NCBI GenBank assembly: GCA_963666985.2
Contig: CAXXIA010000002.1
Coordinates: 2,880,001 to 2,944,000, forward strand
DNA length: 64,000 nt
Direction of reading: 5' to 3'
Source: Spirochaetia bacterium
GTDB taxonomy: Bacteria; Spirochaetota; Spirochaetia; DSM-2461
The notes beneath the pieces are model-generated. The model was not told where the DNA came from. It did not search any database and worked only from the letters and a program-made list of their open reading frames with translations. The position numbers were made by a program, and so were the translations under genes. Below are positions 20,511 through 30,826 of the stretch, in pieces; within the stretch, counting starts at the first letter, position 1; every line of letters begins with the position of its first letter.

Positions 20511-21521
20511 ATGGGAGTTAGTACACTCAGCCTTAAAGATCTTAATGCTCGTCTTGTCCGCCGGGCGCTCAAAAACGCACGAAGTGCCACGGTTCGGGAT
20601 TTGTCCGCCGCCACGGGTCTTTCGACCGTTACCGTGGGAACGATTCTGCAGGAATTCGTTTCCGACGGGACGGCTTTGGAAGCGGATATGGTTCCCTCAA
20701 ACGGAGGCAGGCCTTCAAGAGTGTTTCAGTTCAATGCGGCCAAGGCCTTCGCTCTTGTGCTTTACGGCAGGGAAATAGAACGGTGCGACACTCTCTGTCT
20801 GCGTGTGGCCGATCTCGACGGAAGAATAACGGCTTCGGAAAACATACCTTTTGAGGCGGAATCGATCGAGTCGTTTGATGCGGCGATTGAACGCATGCTG
20901 AATCTGTTTCCGGAGATCGGCGTGATCGGGTTCGGGCTGCCGGGGATAGAATACGGCGGAATCCTCATTGAGATTGATTATGATAATTTGGCCGGCGGTT
21001 CTTTGCGGGGTCATATAGAAGAACAATTCGGACTGCCCGTGGTGATTGAAAACGATGTCAATGCGGCCGTTCTGGGGAGGGGACGGCTGGAGGGTGCCGC
21101 CGAAAGCGAAGTGTATGTGTACTTCCCCGAGAAGTCTCCTCCCGGAGCCGGAATCCGCATTCGGGATCAGCTTTTAAAGGGCCGAAGGAATTTCGCCGGA
21201 GAGGTGAAATGGATTCCATTGGATATTCCGTGGGGAACTTCGTCTCTATTGAATTCTCCGAGGATTCTTGATGCGGCGGCCAAGATTATCGTCACAATAA
21301 CGGCGGTTATCGCTCCCGAGTCCGTTGTTTTGTACGGCAAATGTCTGACTCCGTCGCTGCTGAATATCCTTCGGGAAAACTGCATTCGATTGCTGCCGAA
21401 TGAGATGGTGCCCGTTCTTTCTCTGGCCGATGATTTCGGTGCGGATTTCGAAGAGGGTCTTGTAGGGCTCTGTTTGGATGAGCTGGAAAACAAGGATGAT
21501 TTATGGCGACACTTCTTTTGA
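20511..21521 (+). CDS. ROK-family transcriptional regulator
   Basis: N-terminal HTH (LSAATGLSTVTV), SNGGRP, GLPG, IENDVNAA, FAGE. Confidence 0.92.
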   Translation: MGVSTLSLKDLNARLVRRALKNARSATVRDLSAATGLSTVTVGTILQEFVSDGTALEADMVPSNGGRPSRVFQFNAAKAFALVLYGREIERCDTLCLRVADLDGRITASENIPFEAESIESFDAAIERMLNLFPEIGVIGFGLPGIEYGGILIEIDYDNLAGGSLRGHIEEQFGLPVVIENDVNAAVLGRGRLEGAAESEVYVYFPEKSPPGAGIRIRDQLLKGRRNFAGEVKWIPLDIPWGTSSLLNSPRILDAAAKIIVTITAVIAPESVVLYGKCLTPSLLNILRENCIRLLPNEMVPVLSLADDFGADFEEGLVGLCLDELENKDDLWRHFF

Positions 21522-22882
21522 TTATCATTTACATAGCCTTTATCAGTTTGGGACTGCCGGATGCCCTCTTGGGCGCCGCATGGCCGGTGATGCAGCCCGA
21601 TTTGGCGGTTCCCTACAGTCTCGCGGGGTTGGCTCAGATGACCATCTCCGGCGGGACCATCGTTTCAAGCGCTTTTTCGGGACGGTTTCTGAAGAAATTC
21701 GGTACCGGCCGGGTTACCGCCGTCAGCGTTGCTCTGACCGCCGCGGCGCTTTTCGGTTTTGCCCTTACGCCGTCCTTCTGGTGGCTTTTCGCGGCGGCCG
21801 TTCCCTTGGGGCTCGGAGCCGGGGCCGTGGATTCGGGACTCAACGCCTTTGTCGCCGCGCATTATGAGTCCAGACACATGAGCTGGCTTCACAGTTTTTG
21901 GGGAATCGGAGCGCTTTCCGGTCCTCTGGTACTTTCTTTTCTTCTCTCCCGGGGGCTTCCCTGGCGGCGCGGGTATCTTTCGATCGGGATATTTCAAGTG
22001 ATTCTTGTCGCCGTTCTGATTTTCGCGGTTCCCCTCTGGGAGAAGGTGCGCGCTCGGGGTTCGGTGGCTGGAGGCGCGGAGAGGAAGGCGGAAAAGGAGG
22101 ATTTAGCGGCTCCGAATGAGGACCGATCGGAAAAGGCGGGCCGGGATGACGGCCGGGAGGGTGTCGGGCTTGAGGAGCCGCAGTCGGAAACAACACAGGG
22201 CGAGTCCTCGAACATGGCTAGACAATTCGATGACTTCCGGCATGAAGAGGTGCTTGCGGAGGGAACACAGAGTGTTTCCGCGCGGCCCGATTCCACATCG
22301 AACCGTTCGCTCTTTTCCACCTTGAAGATTAAGGGCGTTTCTTTCGCTCTGATTACGTTCCTGTTCTATTGCGGGATGGAATCGACGATGGGACTTTGGG
22401 GAGGCTCTTATCTCTTTTTGATGAAGAATCTTGATCCCGCGGCCGCGGCGAGGTGGGTTTCCCTCTTTTATGCGAGCATAACTCTGGGGCGATTTTTGAC
22501 CGGATTTATTACGTTCAAGCTGTCCAATAAAACCCTCGTCCGCTGGGGAGGAATAACGATTCTCTTTGGCGTGGTACTGCTGTTGTTGCCTCTGCCGACT
22601 GTGGTTTCTTTGATAGGATTTTTATTGATCGGATTAGGATGTGCCCCGATTTTTCCCTGCATGCTTCATGAAACTCCGGTAAATTTCGGTCCTGCCGATT
22701 CCCAGGCCATTATGGGATTCCAAATGGCGGTTGCTTATGTCGGGGCCTCCTTTCTGCCGCCGATATTCGGTTTTATCTCTTCGGCGACGTCGATGGCTTT
22801 ATTCCCGCTATTTCTATTGGCTTACATTACGCTGCTGCTGCTGAACTCGGAGGCGCTGCGCAGGGCGGTGAGAACGTCCTAA
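21503..22882 (+). CDS. MFS transporter (FucP-like) with long acidic central loop
   Basis: FISLGLPD..LGAAWP, GAGAVDSGLN, WLHSFWGIG, GCAPIFP; 6+6 TM topology. Confidence 0.9.
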   Translation: MATLLLIIIYIAFISLGLPDALLGAAWPVMQPDLAVPYSLAGLAQMTISGGTIVSSAFSGRFLKKFGTGRVTAVSVALTAAALFGFALTPSFWWLFAAAVPLGLGAGAVDSGLNAFVAAHYESRHMSWLHSFWGIGALSGPLVLSFLLSRGLPWRRGYLSIGIFQVILVAVLIFAVPLWEKVRARGSVAGGAERKAEKEDLAAPNEDRSEKAGRDDGREGVGLEEPQSETTQGESSNMARQFDDFRHEEVLAEGTQSVSARPDSTSNRSLFSTLKIKGVSFALITFLFYCGMESTMGLWGGSYLFLMKNLDPAAAARWVSLFYASITLGRFLTGFITFKLSNKTLVRWGGITILFGVVLLLLPLPTVVSLIGFLLIGLGCAPIFPCMLHETPVNFGPADSQAIMGFQMAVAYVGASFLPPIFGFISSATSMALFPLFLLAYITLLLLNSEALRRAVRTS

Positions 22883-22944
22883 AGCTGACTCTTTACGTGT
22901 CGCTGAGTGGAAATCTTTTCGGCATTATGAGATTTAATCCGCTG

Positions 22945-22977
22945 GAAAAGAAGAAGCCGTCCCGAAGGACGGCCCCT
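22945..22977 (-). terminator. Rho-independent terminator after feoB (possibly bidirectional)
   Basis: Minus strand GGGGCCGTCC-TTCG-GGACGGCTTC followed by TTCTTTT; C(UUCG)G tetraloop. Confidence 0.8.
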
Positions 22978-23013
22978 TATTTACTCTTTGGTTTTTCTTG
23001 GAAAGGGCAATAT

Positions 23014-25338
23014 CTATCCGATATTCCCTTCAGCTTCAAAAGGGTTTTTCTTCCCCTTCCCGAAGGCCGTCCATCGGCCGCTCATCAGGTTGAAAACCGG
23101 AATAAAGAGCGCCACGAGAAGAATGGCGAAGGCCATCCAGAACACGTTGTGGCCGTTGGTTATCTGGAAGAACAGGGTGGCCACGCTCCAGGCAAGAATC
23201 GTCAGGTAAATCATAGACAGCCATCCGAACTTCGGTCCGATTTCCCGGATGATTGCGCCGAAGGCCGCCAGACAGGGGAAGTAGATCAGAACGAAGAGCA
23301 GATAGGCGAAAGCACGGGTCCATTCGTTGTTGAAGGAAGCGCGAAGCTGTCCGAATGTCGTAGCTTCCGCTCCGATATCCTCGGCAAGAGTCCCTTCATC
23401 CTCATGCATGAGAGAGGTTCCCAGAGGATCTCCCAGGGCTCCGAAAATGCCGGCCAGTCCTTCGGGAATGCTGACCAGGGCTTCCACGACGGCGCCGCCG
23501 AAAGAAAAACCTTCTTCTTCCTCGGCTTCGCCGTTATCCGCGGCGGCGGCTTCGGCGGCGGCCATTTGTCCGTAGAGGCCGCTCATTGTTCCGACGATGG
23601 CTTCCTTGGCGAAAAGACCGGTCATGAGGCCGACCGTTGCCGGCCAGTTCTCTTTCTCAATGCCCATGGGTGAAAACACCGGAGTTACGGCCTCGCTTAC
23701 CGCGGCGAGAACGGAGTTCTGATCATCTTCGTTCCCAAAACTGCCGTCCACTCCCAAGGAATTGAAGAACGCCAAAACCAGAACCGCGATAACGATCACT
23801 TTCCCGGCCCGGGTCATGAAAACCTTCAGACGGTCCCACGTGCGGGCCATGATCATTTTAAAACGCGGTGCGTGGTAGGGCGGCAGCTCCATAACGAAAT
23901 GACTGGCCTCGCCCCGGAACAGGGTTCCTTTCAGCATCAGGCCGGTAAAAACCGCCAGAAGGATTCCGGACATATAAATGGCGAAGACCATCAGTCCGGA
24001 ACGGGCGCCGAAGAACGCCGCTCCGAAGAGGGCGTAAACAGGCAATCGAGCGCCGCAGGACATGAAAGGAGCCATGAAGACGGTCAGGTACCTGTCTTTC
24101 TTATTCTCCAGGGTTCGTGTGGCCATGACGGCGGGAACCGTGCAGCCGAATCCCACCAGCATCGGAACGAAGGCTTTGCCCGGCAGCCCGAGCATCCGCA
24201 TGAAGCGGTCCATCACGAAAGCGGCTCGTGCCATGTAACCGGAATCTTCCAGAATGGAGAGCATCAGGAACATGAAGAAAATGACGGGAATGAACGTCGC
24301 CACGGTTTGAATACCGGCGCCGACGCCTCCGGCCAGGAGAATGGTGAGCCATTCGGGCGATCCGACGGCTTCCAGAAGAATCCCGAAGCCGTCCACGAAT
24401 ATGGCACCGAAGAGAATGTCGAAGAAGTCGATAAAAGCCCCGCCGATGTGGGTAACAACCCAGAAGAGCACGTACATTACTCCGAGGAAGATGGGGATGC
24501 CCGCCCATTTGTTAAGAACGACTTTATCGATCTTTTCCGTGGCCGCCTCAATTCCTTTCTTTTTCTTCACGGCCTTGTTCATCAATTCGGTGATGTGTTC
24601 GAATTTCGACTCGGCAATGATGATGTCGGGCGTATCGCCCAGTGTACTTTCGATTGCGGTCAGTCCGGCGGAGATTTCCTCTTTGCTCAGGCTTCCCGAA
24701 GAGATTGTTCGGGCCGTGGCCTCTTCATCTTCTTCAAGCAGCATTACGGCGGTCTGCCTGGGATGCTGTTTCAGCTTGCCGGACCATTCATTTATAATGT
24801 TTTCAACGGCTTCCGGATATTTCACCGGAGATGCGGTCGCGGAAGGAGAGAGGAGAGCGTCGCCGATGGCTTTGCGGACATCCCGAACATCCGCCGTGTT
24901 CAGGGCGTTAATCGCCATGACGGGAATGCCCAGAGCGTCGGAGAGTGCCTGCGTGTCTATGTCGACGCCCTGCTTCTCCGCCTGATCTTTCATGCTGAGT
25001 ACGAGGAACATGGGTTTCCCCATTTCCATGAGGGTCATCGTTAGAAATAGGTTTCGTTCCAGGTTTGATGCATCGGCGATATTAACCACCAGATCCGTCT
25101 CACCGGAAAGAACATGGTTGCGGGCGATGATTTCGTCTTCGCTCCCGGCGTTCAGGGAGTAAATGCCGGGGAGATCGACCACCTCGATATTCTTGTCTCC
25201 CACCAGAAATCCCGTCTTTTTTTCAACGGTTACGCCGGGCCAGTTGCCGATGTGCTGGTTGCTGCCGGTAAGGCCGTTAAAGAGTGTTGATTTTCCGCAG
25301 TTCGGATTTCCGACGACGGCTATGGACTTCTTGTTCAT
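23014..25338 (-). CDS. feoB: Ferrous iron transporter B
   Basis: GNPNCGKST, GNWPGVTVEKK, DLPGIYSL, LEDSGYMARAAF, FMSCGARLP, FVMELPPY. Confidence 0.97.
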   Translation of the reverse strand: MNKKSIAVVGNPNCGKSTLFNGLTGSNQHIGNWPGVTVEKKTGFLVGDKNIEVVDLPGIYSLNAGSEDEIIARNHVLSGETDLVVNIADASNLERNLFLTMTLMEMGKPMFLVLSMKDQAEKQGVDIDTQALSDALGIPVMAINALNTADVRDVRKAIGDALLSPSATASPVKYPEAVENIINEWSGKLKQHPRQTAVMLLEEDEEATARTISSGSLSKEEISAGLTAIESTLGDTPDIIIAESKFEHITELMNKAVKKKKGIEAATEKIDKVVLNKWAGIPIFLGVMYVLFWVVTHIGGAFIDFFDILFGAIFVDGFGILLEAVGSPEWLTILLAGGVGAGIQTVATFIPVIFFMFLMLSILEDSGYMARAAFVMDRFMRMLGLPGKAFVPMLVGFGCTVPAVMATRTLENKKDRYLTVFMAPFMSCGARLPVYALFGAAFFGARSGLMVFAIYMSGILLAVFTGLMLKGTLFRGEASHFVMELPPYHAPRFKMIMARTWDRLKVFMTRAGKVIVIAVLVLAFFNSLGVDGSFGNEDDQNSVLAAVSEAVTPVFSPMGIEKENWPATVGLMTGLFAKEAIVGTMSGLYGQMAAAEAAAADNGEAEEEEGFSFGGAVVEALVSIPEGLAGIFGALGDPLGTSLMHEDEGTLAEDIGAEATTFGQLRASFNNEWTRAFAYLLFVLIYFPCLAAFGAIIREIGPKFGWLSMIYLTILAWSVATLFFQITNGHNVFWMAFAILLVALFIPVFNLMSGRWTAFGKGKKNPFEAEGNIG

Positions 25339-25568
25339 GAGACTTTCCTTATTCTTAGGACATCGGCTTCGCCTTTGCGGAGGGAAAGCTTGAATCCTCT
25401 CACTTCTATTTCCACCGGATCACCCATGGGGGCCACCTTTTTTAAAGTAAAGACGGTTCCTTTCGTCAGTCCCATGGAAAGAAGTTTTCTCCTGTATGCT
25501 TTTTCCGCCGGGTCGTATCCGACCACTTCAGCGGAGTCGCCGACGGAGATTTCCCGTATGTTTGTCAT
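25335..25568 (-). CDS. feoA: Ferrous iron transport protein A
   Basis: RRKLLSMGLTKG..APMGDPVEIEVRGFKLSLRKGEA; start at ATG 25568 with RBS AGGGAG; overlaps the feoB start. Confidence 0.93.
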   Translation of the reverse strand: MTNIREISVGDSAEVVGYDPAEKAYRRKLLSMGLTKGTVFTLKKVAPMGDPVEIEVRGFKLSLRKGEADVLRIRKVS

Positions 25569-25597
25569 CTGCAACTCCCTTGTGCTCATAGTTAAAA

Positions 25598-25613
25598 ATT
25601 AGAAGTATCTAAT
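25598..25613. promoter_or_regulatory. Putative DtxR/MntR-family operator, copy 2
   Basis: ATTAGA-AGTA-TCTAAT inverted repeat in the AT-rich gap upstream of feoA-feoB; same core as 26425-26442. Confidence 0.7.
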
Positions 25614-25670
25614 ATTAGTTAGCATGAACAATTTTAATTGAACCATACAAACGATGCAATGCATTTTCGA

Positions 25671-25886
25671 CTATTTTACGTGGACTTTCCTGGCCATTCC
25701 TTGGCCGAGCATAATTTGGCGGCCCATTACGGAAAGAAGCATGGGGCTGCTTCCCGCACGGCGGATGATTGTAACCGGAACTCCGGGTATAAGACCCATG
25801 TCCATAAGTTTCCTCCGGGCGGTTCTGCCGCCGTCGATTCTGGAGATAACAACTTTCGTTCCGTTTTGAGCTTCGTCTAATCCCAT
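25671..25886 (-). CDS. feoA: Second FeoA-family protein
   Basis: GGRTARRKLMDMGLIPG..LGQGMARKV; start at ATG 25886 just after the dtxR stop. Confidence 0.88.
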   Translation of the reverse strand: MGLDEAQNGTKVVISRIDGGRTARRKLMDMGLIPGVPVTIIRRAGSSPMLLSVMGRQIMLGQGMARKVHVK

Positions 25887-25896
25887 TATTAAGCCT

Positions 25897-26403
25897 TTAT
25901 GTAGCGGGACCGGCAACGGCCGAGTCCATGTAATGCGCCGGTGATGCCAGATTTCTCGCCGAAACGCCGTTCTTTTCGCAGAATTCCTCGAATTTTTCCT
26001 GCATGGCGGATCCTCTCTCTTCAGCCGAAGAGATGAACTTCATGAATTCAAGAAAACGTGCCATTACCGCCGGCTTCATGGCATGTTCCAGCCTGCAGGC
26101 GGTTTCGTCGGCATCTTTGCGGTCAACTCCCAGGATGTCGACGAAGAATTTACGGAATACCGAATGGGTTTCCGAAAGCCGTCTGGCTTCGATCTTTCCG
26201 CTGTCGGTAAGGGAGATGACTCCGTAGGGTTCGTAATTGACGAACCCCGTGTCCCTGAGATTTCTTAATGCGACGGTAACCGATGAATTTTTCACTTTAA
26301 GGCGCTCCGCGATGTCTTTGACGCGAACGCCCCCTTTTACGAGAATGATGTCATAGATTGCTTCAAGATAATCTTCCAGTGCTTCGGTTAAGATGGGACT
26401 CAT
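25897..26403 (-). CDS. DtxR/MntR-family metal-dependent repressor
   Basis: EDYLEAIY, VRVKDIAERLKVKNSSVT, YEPYG..LT, ACRLEH. Confidence 0.93.
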   Translation of the reverse strand: MSPILTEALEDYLEAIYDIILVKGGVRVKDIAERLKVKNSSVTVALRNLRDTGFVNYEPYGVISLTDSGKIEARRLSETHSVFRKFFVDILGVDRKDADETACRLEHAMKPAVMARFLEFMKFISSAEERGSAMQEKFEEFCEKNGVSARNLASPAHYMDSAVAGPAT

Positions 26404-26424
26404 AAAACACCATCGCAATAAAAA

Positions 26425-26442
26425 TTTTAGAACAGTCTAAAA
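26425..26442. promoter_or_regulatory. Putative DtxR/MntR-family operator, copy 1
   Basis: TTTTAGA-ACAG-TCTAAAA inverted repeat about 21 bp upstream of the repressor start. Confidence 0.7.
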
Positions 26443-26543
26443 ATATAGGAGAAAGGGTTAAGCGTCAAGAAGAGCGGGTGTTTTGGTTTATTAATTTGTT
26501 GAATGAATAACGATTATTCATGATATTGTATATATAAAAAAGG

Positions 26544-27647
26544 ATGAGGGACATGAGAAATATAAAAACAGGATTGACGATTGTTTTGTTCACCGCGGCC
26601 GTTCTCTTTGTTCTCTTCTCCTGTTCCCGTGGAAGTGATGCTTCCACGGGCGCCTCAGAATCGATTAACGATGAAACGGCGCGTACCGTCGCCGTGGAAG
26701 GAATGAACGCCGCCCAAGGCCGTTTGGTGGAGGAAATCCTCGGCGCCGGCACGGCCGAGGGAATACGGGAAGCTTGGGTTGTTTCCGAAACCGAGGGACT
26801 GATTCGCAGTGTGCTTTTTGATTTCGGAGATACTGTCTCCGAAGGGCAAATCCTTCTCACCGTTGATTCGGATTTGGCCGAACGGAATCGGGATTTGGCC
26901 GAACAGAGATATGCGACCGCTTCACTGGAATTCAAAGCGGCACAAAAGTCCCGCGAGAACGGCAGCATCTCGGAATTGCAGTACAGCAGAACCGCGGATG
27001 CTCTGCTCGCCGCGGAGTCGGCCAGGGAGGAAGCCCGGGAGGCTTTTCAAAAAACCCGGTTAACGGCTCCTTTTTCCGGAGCCGTGGCCGCCCGGAGCGC
27101 GGATATCGGAATCGGGAATTACCTCGTCAGAGGAATCCGGGTTGTAAAAATCGTCGACGATTCGGCCTTTAGGACCGTTATCGGCGTTGGAGAAGGACAG
27201 GTTCTTCTTCTCCGCGAGGGTTCCGCCGCGTATATCACCGGGAATGACGGCGTAACGCGCGTGGGATCGGTTGCCGCGGTTTCCGCGGGCAGCGATGATG
27301 CCACGGGAAGTTTCGCCGTCGTGATTGAATGGATTCCTCGGCCGGAGGATGATTTAAAATCGGGAATGTCCGTTCGTGCCGCCGTCGAAGCGACGGAAAT
27401 GCCGGAACGGATCATTCTTCCCTCTTATGCGATTCTGCAGCGGGGCGGTGCGGAATTCGTTTATATCGAGTCGGAAGGCAAAGCCGAACTTCGGGAGATT
27501 CGAACGGGTTCGCGTCTGGGGGAACGTGTTGAAGTTCTTGAAGGACTTCAAGCGGGAGAAATCGTTGTAACCAGCGGACTGGCCTCTTTGGCGCAAGGAG
27601 TTCCCGTAAAGGTTACGATGGTCGGGAAAACGGATGACGCCCGATGA
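26544..27647 (+). CDS. RND efflux periplasmic adaptor (membrane fusion protein)
   Basis: N-terminal anchor with Cys; GDTVSEGQIL, LTAPFSG, LKSGM, VEVLEGLQAGE..VTSG. Confidence 0.92.
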   Translation: MRDMRNIKTGLTIVLFTAAVLFVLFSCSRGSDASTGASESINDETARTVAVEGMNAAQGRLVEEILGAGTAEGIREAWVVSETEGLIRSVLFDFGDTVSEGQILLTVDSDLAERNRDLAEQRYATASLEFKAAQKSRENGSISELQYSRTADALLAAESAREEAREAFQKTRLTAPFSGAVAARSADIGIGNYLVRGIRVVKIVDDSAFRTVIGVGEGQVLLLREGSAAYITGNDGVTRVGSVAAVSAGSDDATGSFAVVIEWIPRPEDDLKSGMSVRAAVEATEMPERIILPSYAILQRGGAEFVYIESEGKAELREIRTGSRLGERVEVLEGLQAGEIVVTSGLASLAQGVPVKVTMVGKTDDAR

Positions 27648-30600
27648 AAATTGGAGATTTTTCCGTTCGGAATCCCGTTTTTGTGAATATCTTCATGTTC
27701 GCTCTTTTGGCCCTGGGAGCTTTGACTCTTATCCGAATGCCGCGGGAGCAGTATTCCGAGGTGCCTTTCTATTTCGCCAATATCGCGGTTCCTTGGCCGG
27801 GCGTCTCGGCGCAGGAAATTGAGAAAAGGATTCTTATCCCCATTGAAGAAGAAATGCAGGGACTCGAAGACGTGGATAAGATTATTTCAGAAGCCGACCA
27901 AGGTATCGGAGCGGTGAGCGTCCGATTTCAGGACGGTATTTCACAGGCCCGTTTTGATAAACTGTTTCAGGATGTCGACACGCGATTTTCCCGTGTTGAA
28001 TTACCCGAGGGGACTCTGACCGCGTCGCTGGAGAGTTTTTCTTCCAATGATTTCATCCCGGTTATTGAAGTCGTGCTGTTCGGTGATGTCGGTTACGACG
28101 AATTGGTCCGGTCGGCCGAGCTGCTGCTTCAGCCGATGCGCCGGATTCCCGATGTGGCCGATGTGGAGATTATCGGATCCAGGGAAAAGCGCCTGGAGAT
28201 TTCCGCCGATCGAACGGCCCTGGAATCCCGGAATATTTCTTTGGATGAATTGGTCGCGGCTGTTCAGTCCCGTCATATCAATGTTCCCGGCGGTACTCTG
28301 GAAACGGAGAATCGTGATTATCTGGTTCGAACGGTCGGCGAGGCGCAAAGCCCCGAAGCCTTCGGCGAAGTCGTGGTCCGCAGAGAATCGAACGGCGGTG
28401 TTGTACGACTCAGGGATGTTGCATCCGTTCAAACCGAATACGATCCCCAAGGGGCGTATACCCGCTTCAACGGAAACACGTCCGTTGTTCTTCGCGTAAC
28501 CAAGGTTCCCCGGGGAGGGTCCGTCAAGATTATCGAGAGCGTAAAAAACATCGTCGAGGAAAAGCGAAGCCGGATTTCAGGTGATATCGGCATCGCCTAT
28601 ATGAACGATTCTTCGATTCCCATCCGCGCGAGTCTTGATGTGCTGCAGACCAACGCCCTGCTGGGTCTTGTTCTTTTAGTCGGTATTCTTTATTTCTTCG
28701 TCGGTTTGAGAAACGCCCTGATAACGGGGTTGGGAATTCCGGTTACATTCGCCGTTACTTTGATAATTCTGGATATAACCGGAGCCACCATCAACAGCAA
28801 TACTCTTTTCGGTTTGGTCCTTGTCCTCGGAATGCTGGTGGATCATGCGATTGTTATTACGGAGAACAGTTTCAGGCTTCAGCAGTCCGGGCTTTCCCGG
28901 CGAAGCGCGGCTGTTGAGGGTACCGACCAGGTCGCCATACCCGTTATCGCCGCGTCGGCCACGACAGTCGCGGCATTTCTTCCCCTCATCCTTCTTCCGG
29001 GACTTATCGGGAAGTTCCTCCGTGTTATTCCCGTAACGGTTACCATTGCTCTCATTGTTTCCACGGCGGAGGCTTTGTTCTTTCTGCCGTCCCATTATGC
29101 CGATTGGCCTTCGGGGCGCCGCCGGCACGATGAAAGGCGTTTCTTTTCGGTTTTTCTCGCGAAGTATCGCCGTCTATTGGAATTTTCTTATCACTATCGG
29201 CGAATAACCGTGCCGGCGGTGATCATTCTCGTATTTCTCTCTTTCGCTTTGATTCCTTTTCTCGGTCAGGATCTTTTCAGCGCGGAGGATTATTCCGTCG
29301 TCTACATCGATATTACCATGCCTCCCGGATCGCCTATTGAGAAAACGGACCGCGTCGCATCCCGTTTTGAGGAACGATTAATCCCTCTTATCGGGAACGG
29401 TGAGGTTGAGGCGGTCGCGGTATCCATAGGATTTCTCTCGGGCGGTTCCGGGAATACTGCGGAGGCCGCCGTGGCTCAGATTACGGTGGATTTGAGTGAA
29501 AAAGGGGCCGGGCGCGAACGGTCCGTTACCGAAGTCATGGCCGATCTTAAAGGATTAACCGACGATATCGCCGGAGCCGATCGTGTTCTGTTTCGAAAAG
29601 CCACGACCGGTCCGCCCACGGACGATCCGATTGAATACCGTATTTTCGGAGACAGTTATGACGAGATGCTCATCGTTGCCGACAGGATTCGCCGGGAACT
29701 GGCGGAAGATTGGTCCGTCGTCAATATTGAAGACAACTATAAACCGGGAACACCCGAACTCACCGTTCGGGTGAATGAAGAGAGAGCCGCCTCCTATGGT
29801 CTTTCGGTTCTGTCCATCGGGCGTTTTTTACGGGCGTCCGTCGAAGGCGTCGAAGCCGCGTCTTTTTTCAAAGACAATACGTCTCTTGATATTCTTGTGC
29901 GGTTTTCGGATTCGGGAGAACTGTCGCCGGCGCTGCTCCAGCAGCTTCGGATTCCCACATTCGCAGGAACGGCCGTTCCCTTCAGCGCGGTGGCGGCCAT
30001 TGAAAGCGGAACTCCCGTGGCCTCGATTAAAAGACTGGACGGCCGCAGGGAATTGACGATTTCGGCCCAGACTCTGGATAAGGATCGTGTTTCCGAGCTC
30101 AACAGGAAAATGCAGAAGATCTTTGATGAGGAGTATGCATCGCGTTATCCCGGCGTGGAGCTGTCCGTCGGCGGTGAGTTTGCCGAATTCAGCGATCTGC
30201 TGATCCGCATCTTGAGAATTTTCCTGCTTGGTATTTTCCTTATCTATATCATCCTTGGAACTCAATTCAAGAGCTACCTTCAGCCGTTCCTTATCCTCTT
30301 TACCGTACCGATGGCTTTTTTCGGCGTTGTTATCTATCTCTTCATTTCCGGAACGCCCTTCAGTACGACGGTTCTGTATGCGGGTGTGGCTTTGGCCGGT
30401 ATCGCGGTAAACGACGCCATCGTACTGATCAGCTTCGCCAATAAACAGCGTTCAAAGGGGATTTCGGTAAACGAGGCGGTTATCGAAGCGGCGCTGCTGC
30501 GTTTTCGTCCCATCATCCTAACCAGTCTTACCACGATCGCCGGATTGGTTCCCACGGCTTTGGGACTGGGGGGGCGATCCGTTGTCTGGGGGCCGATGGC

Positions 30601-30706
30601 TTCGACCATCATTATCGGTCTTCTTTTCTCCACGGTCGGAACGCTGGTATTCATTCCCGCGCTGTATGGGATGTTCTTTGACAGAGGCGGACGGAAAGCG
30701 GCGTGA
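27644..30706 (+). CDS. RND efflux permease (AcrB/AcrD/AcrF family)
   Basis: 1020 aa; GMLVDHAIVITEN, GIAVNDAIVL, RFRPIILTSLTT. Confidence 0.95.
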   Translation: MKIGDFSVRNPVFVNIFMFALLALGALTLIRMPREQYSEVPFYFANIAVPWPGVSAQEIEKRILIPIEEEMQGLEDVDKIISEADQGIGAVSVRFQDGISQARFDKLFQDVDTRFSRVELPEGTLTASLESFSSNDFIPVIEVVLFGDVGYDELVRSAELLLQPMRRIPDVADVEIIGSREKRLEISADRTALESRNISLDELVAAVQSRHINVPGGTLETENRDYLVRTVGEAQSPEAFGEVVVRRESNGGVVRLRDVASVQTEYDPQGAYTRFNGNTSVVLRVTKVPRGGSVKIIESVKNIVEEKRSRISGDIGIAYMNDSSIPIRASLDVLQTNALLGLVLLVGILYFFVGLRNALITGLGIPVTFAVTLIILDITGATINSNTLFGLVLVLGMLVDHAIVITENSFRLQQSGLSRRSAAVEGTDQVAIPVIAASATTVAAFLPLILLPGLIGKFLRVIPVTVTIALIVSTAEALFFLPSHYADWPSGRRRHDERRFFSVFLAKYRRLLEFSYHYRRITVPAVIILVFLSFALIPFLGQDLFSAEDYSVVYIDITMPPGSPIEKTDRVASRFEERLIPLIGNGEVEAVAVSIGFLSGGSGNTAEAAVAQITVDLSEKGAGRERSVTEVMADLKGLTDDIAGADRVLFRKATTGPPTDDPIEYRIFGDSYDEMLIVADRIRRELAEDWSVVNIEDNYKPGTPELTVRVNEERAASYGLSVLSIGRFLRASVEGVEAASFFKDNTSLDILVRFSDSGELSPALLQQLRIPTFAGTAVPFSAVAAIESGTPVASIKRLDGRRELTISAQTLDKDRVSELNRKMQKIFDEEYASRYPGVELSVGGEFAEFSDLLIRILRIFLLGIFLIYIILGTQFKSYLQPFLILFTVPMAFFGVVIYLFISGTPFSTTVLYAGVALAGIAVNDAIVLISFANKQRSKGISVNEAVIEAALLRFRPIILTSLTTIAGLVPTALGLGGRSVVWGPMASTIIIGLLFSTVGTLVFIPALYGMFFDRGGRKAA

Positions 30707-30826
30707 TGATTTCTTTAGCCGGCCTGTTTAACCTGATTGGCGGATTTCGAGGTGAAGGTTTCGGCCGGACTTCGTATTTCAACCGGCGGGCTCCTTCGCA
30801 GACATAAATAGGCTATGATACATTCC

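Noticed and set aside
23872..25044. 390-aa plus-strand ORF
   Set aside because: Antisense shadow of feoB with no motifs; long shadow ORFs are expected in GC-rich coding DNA
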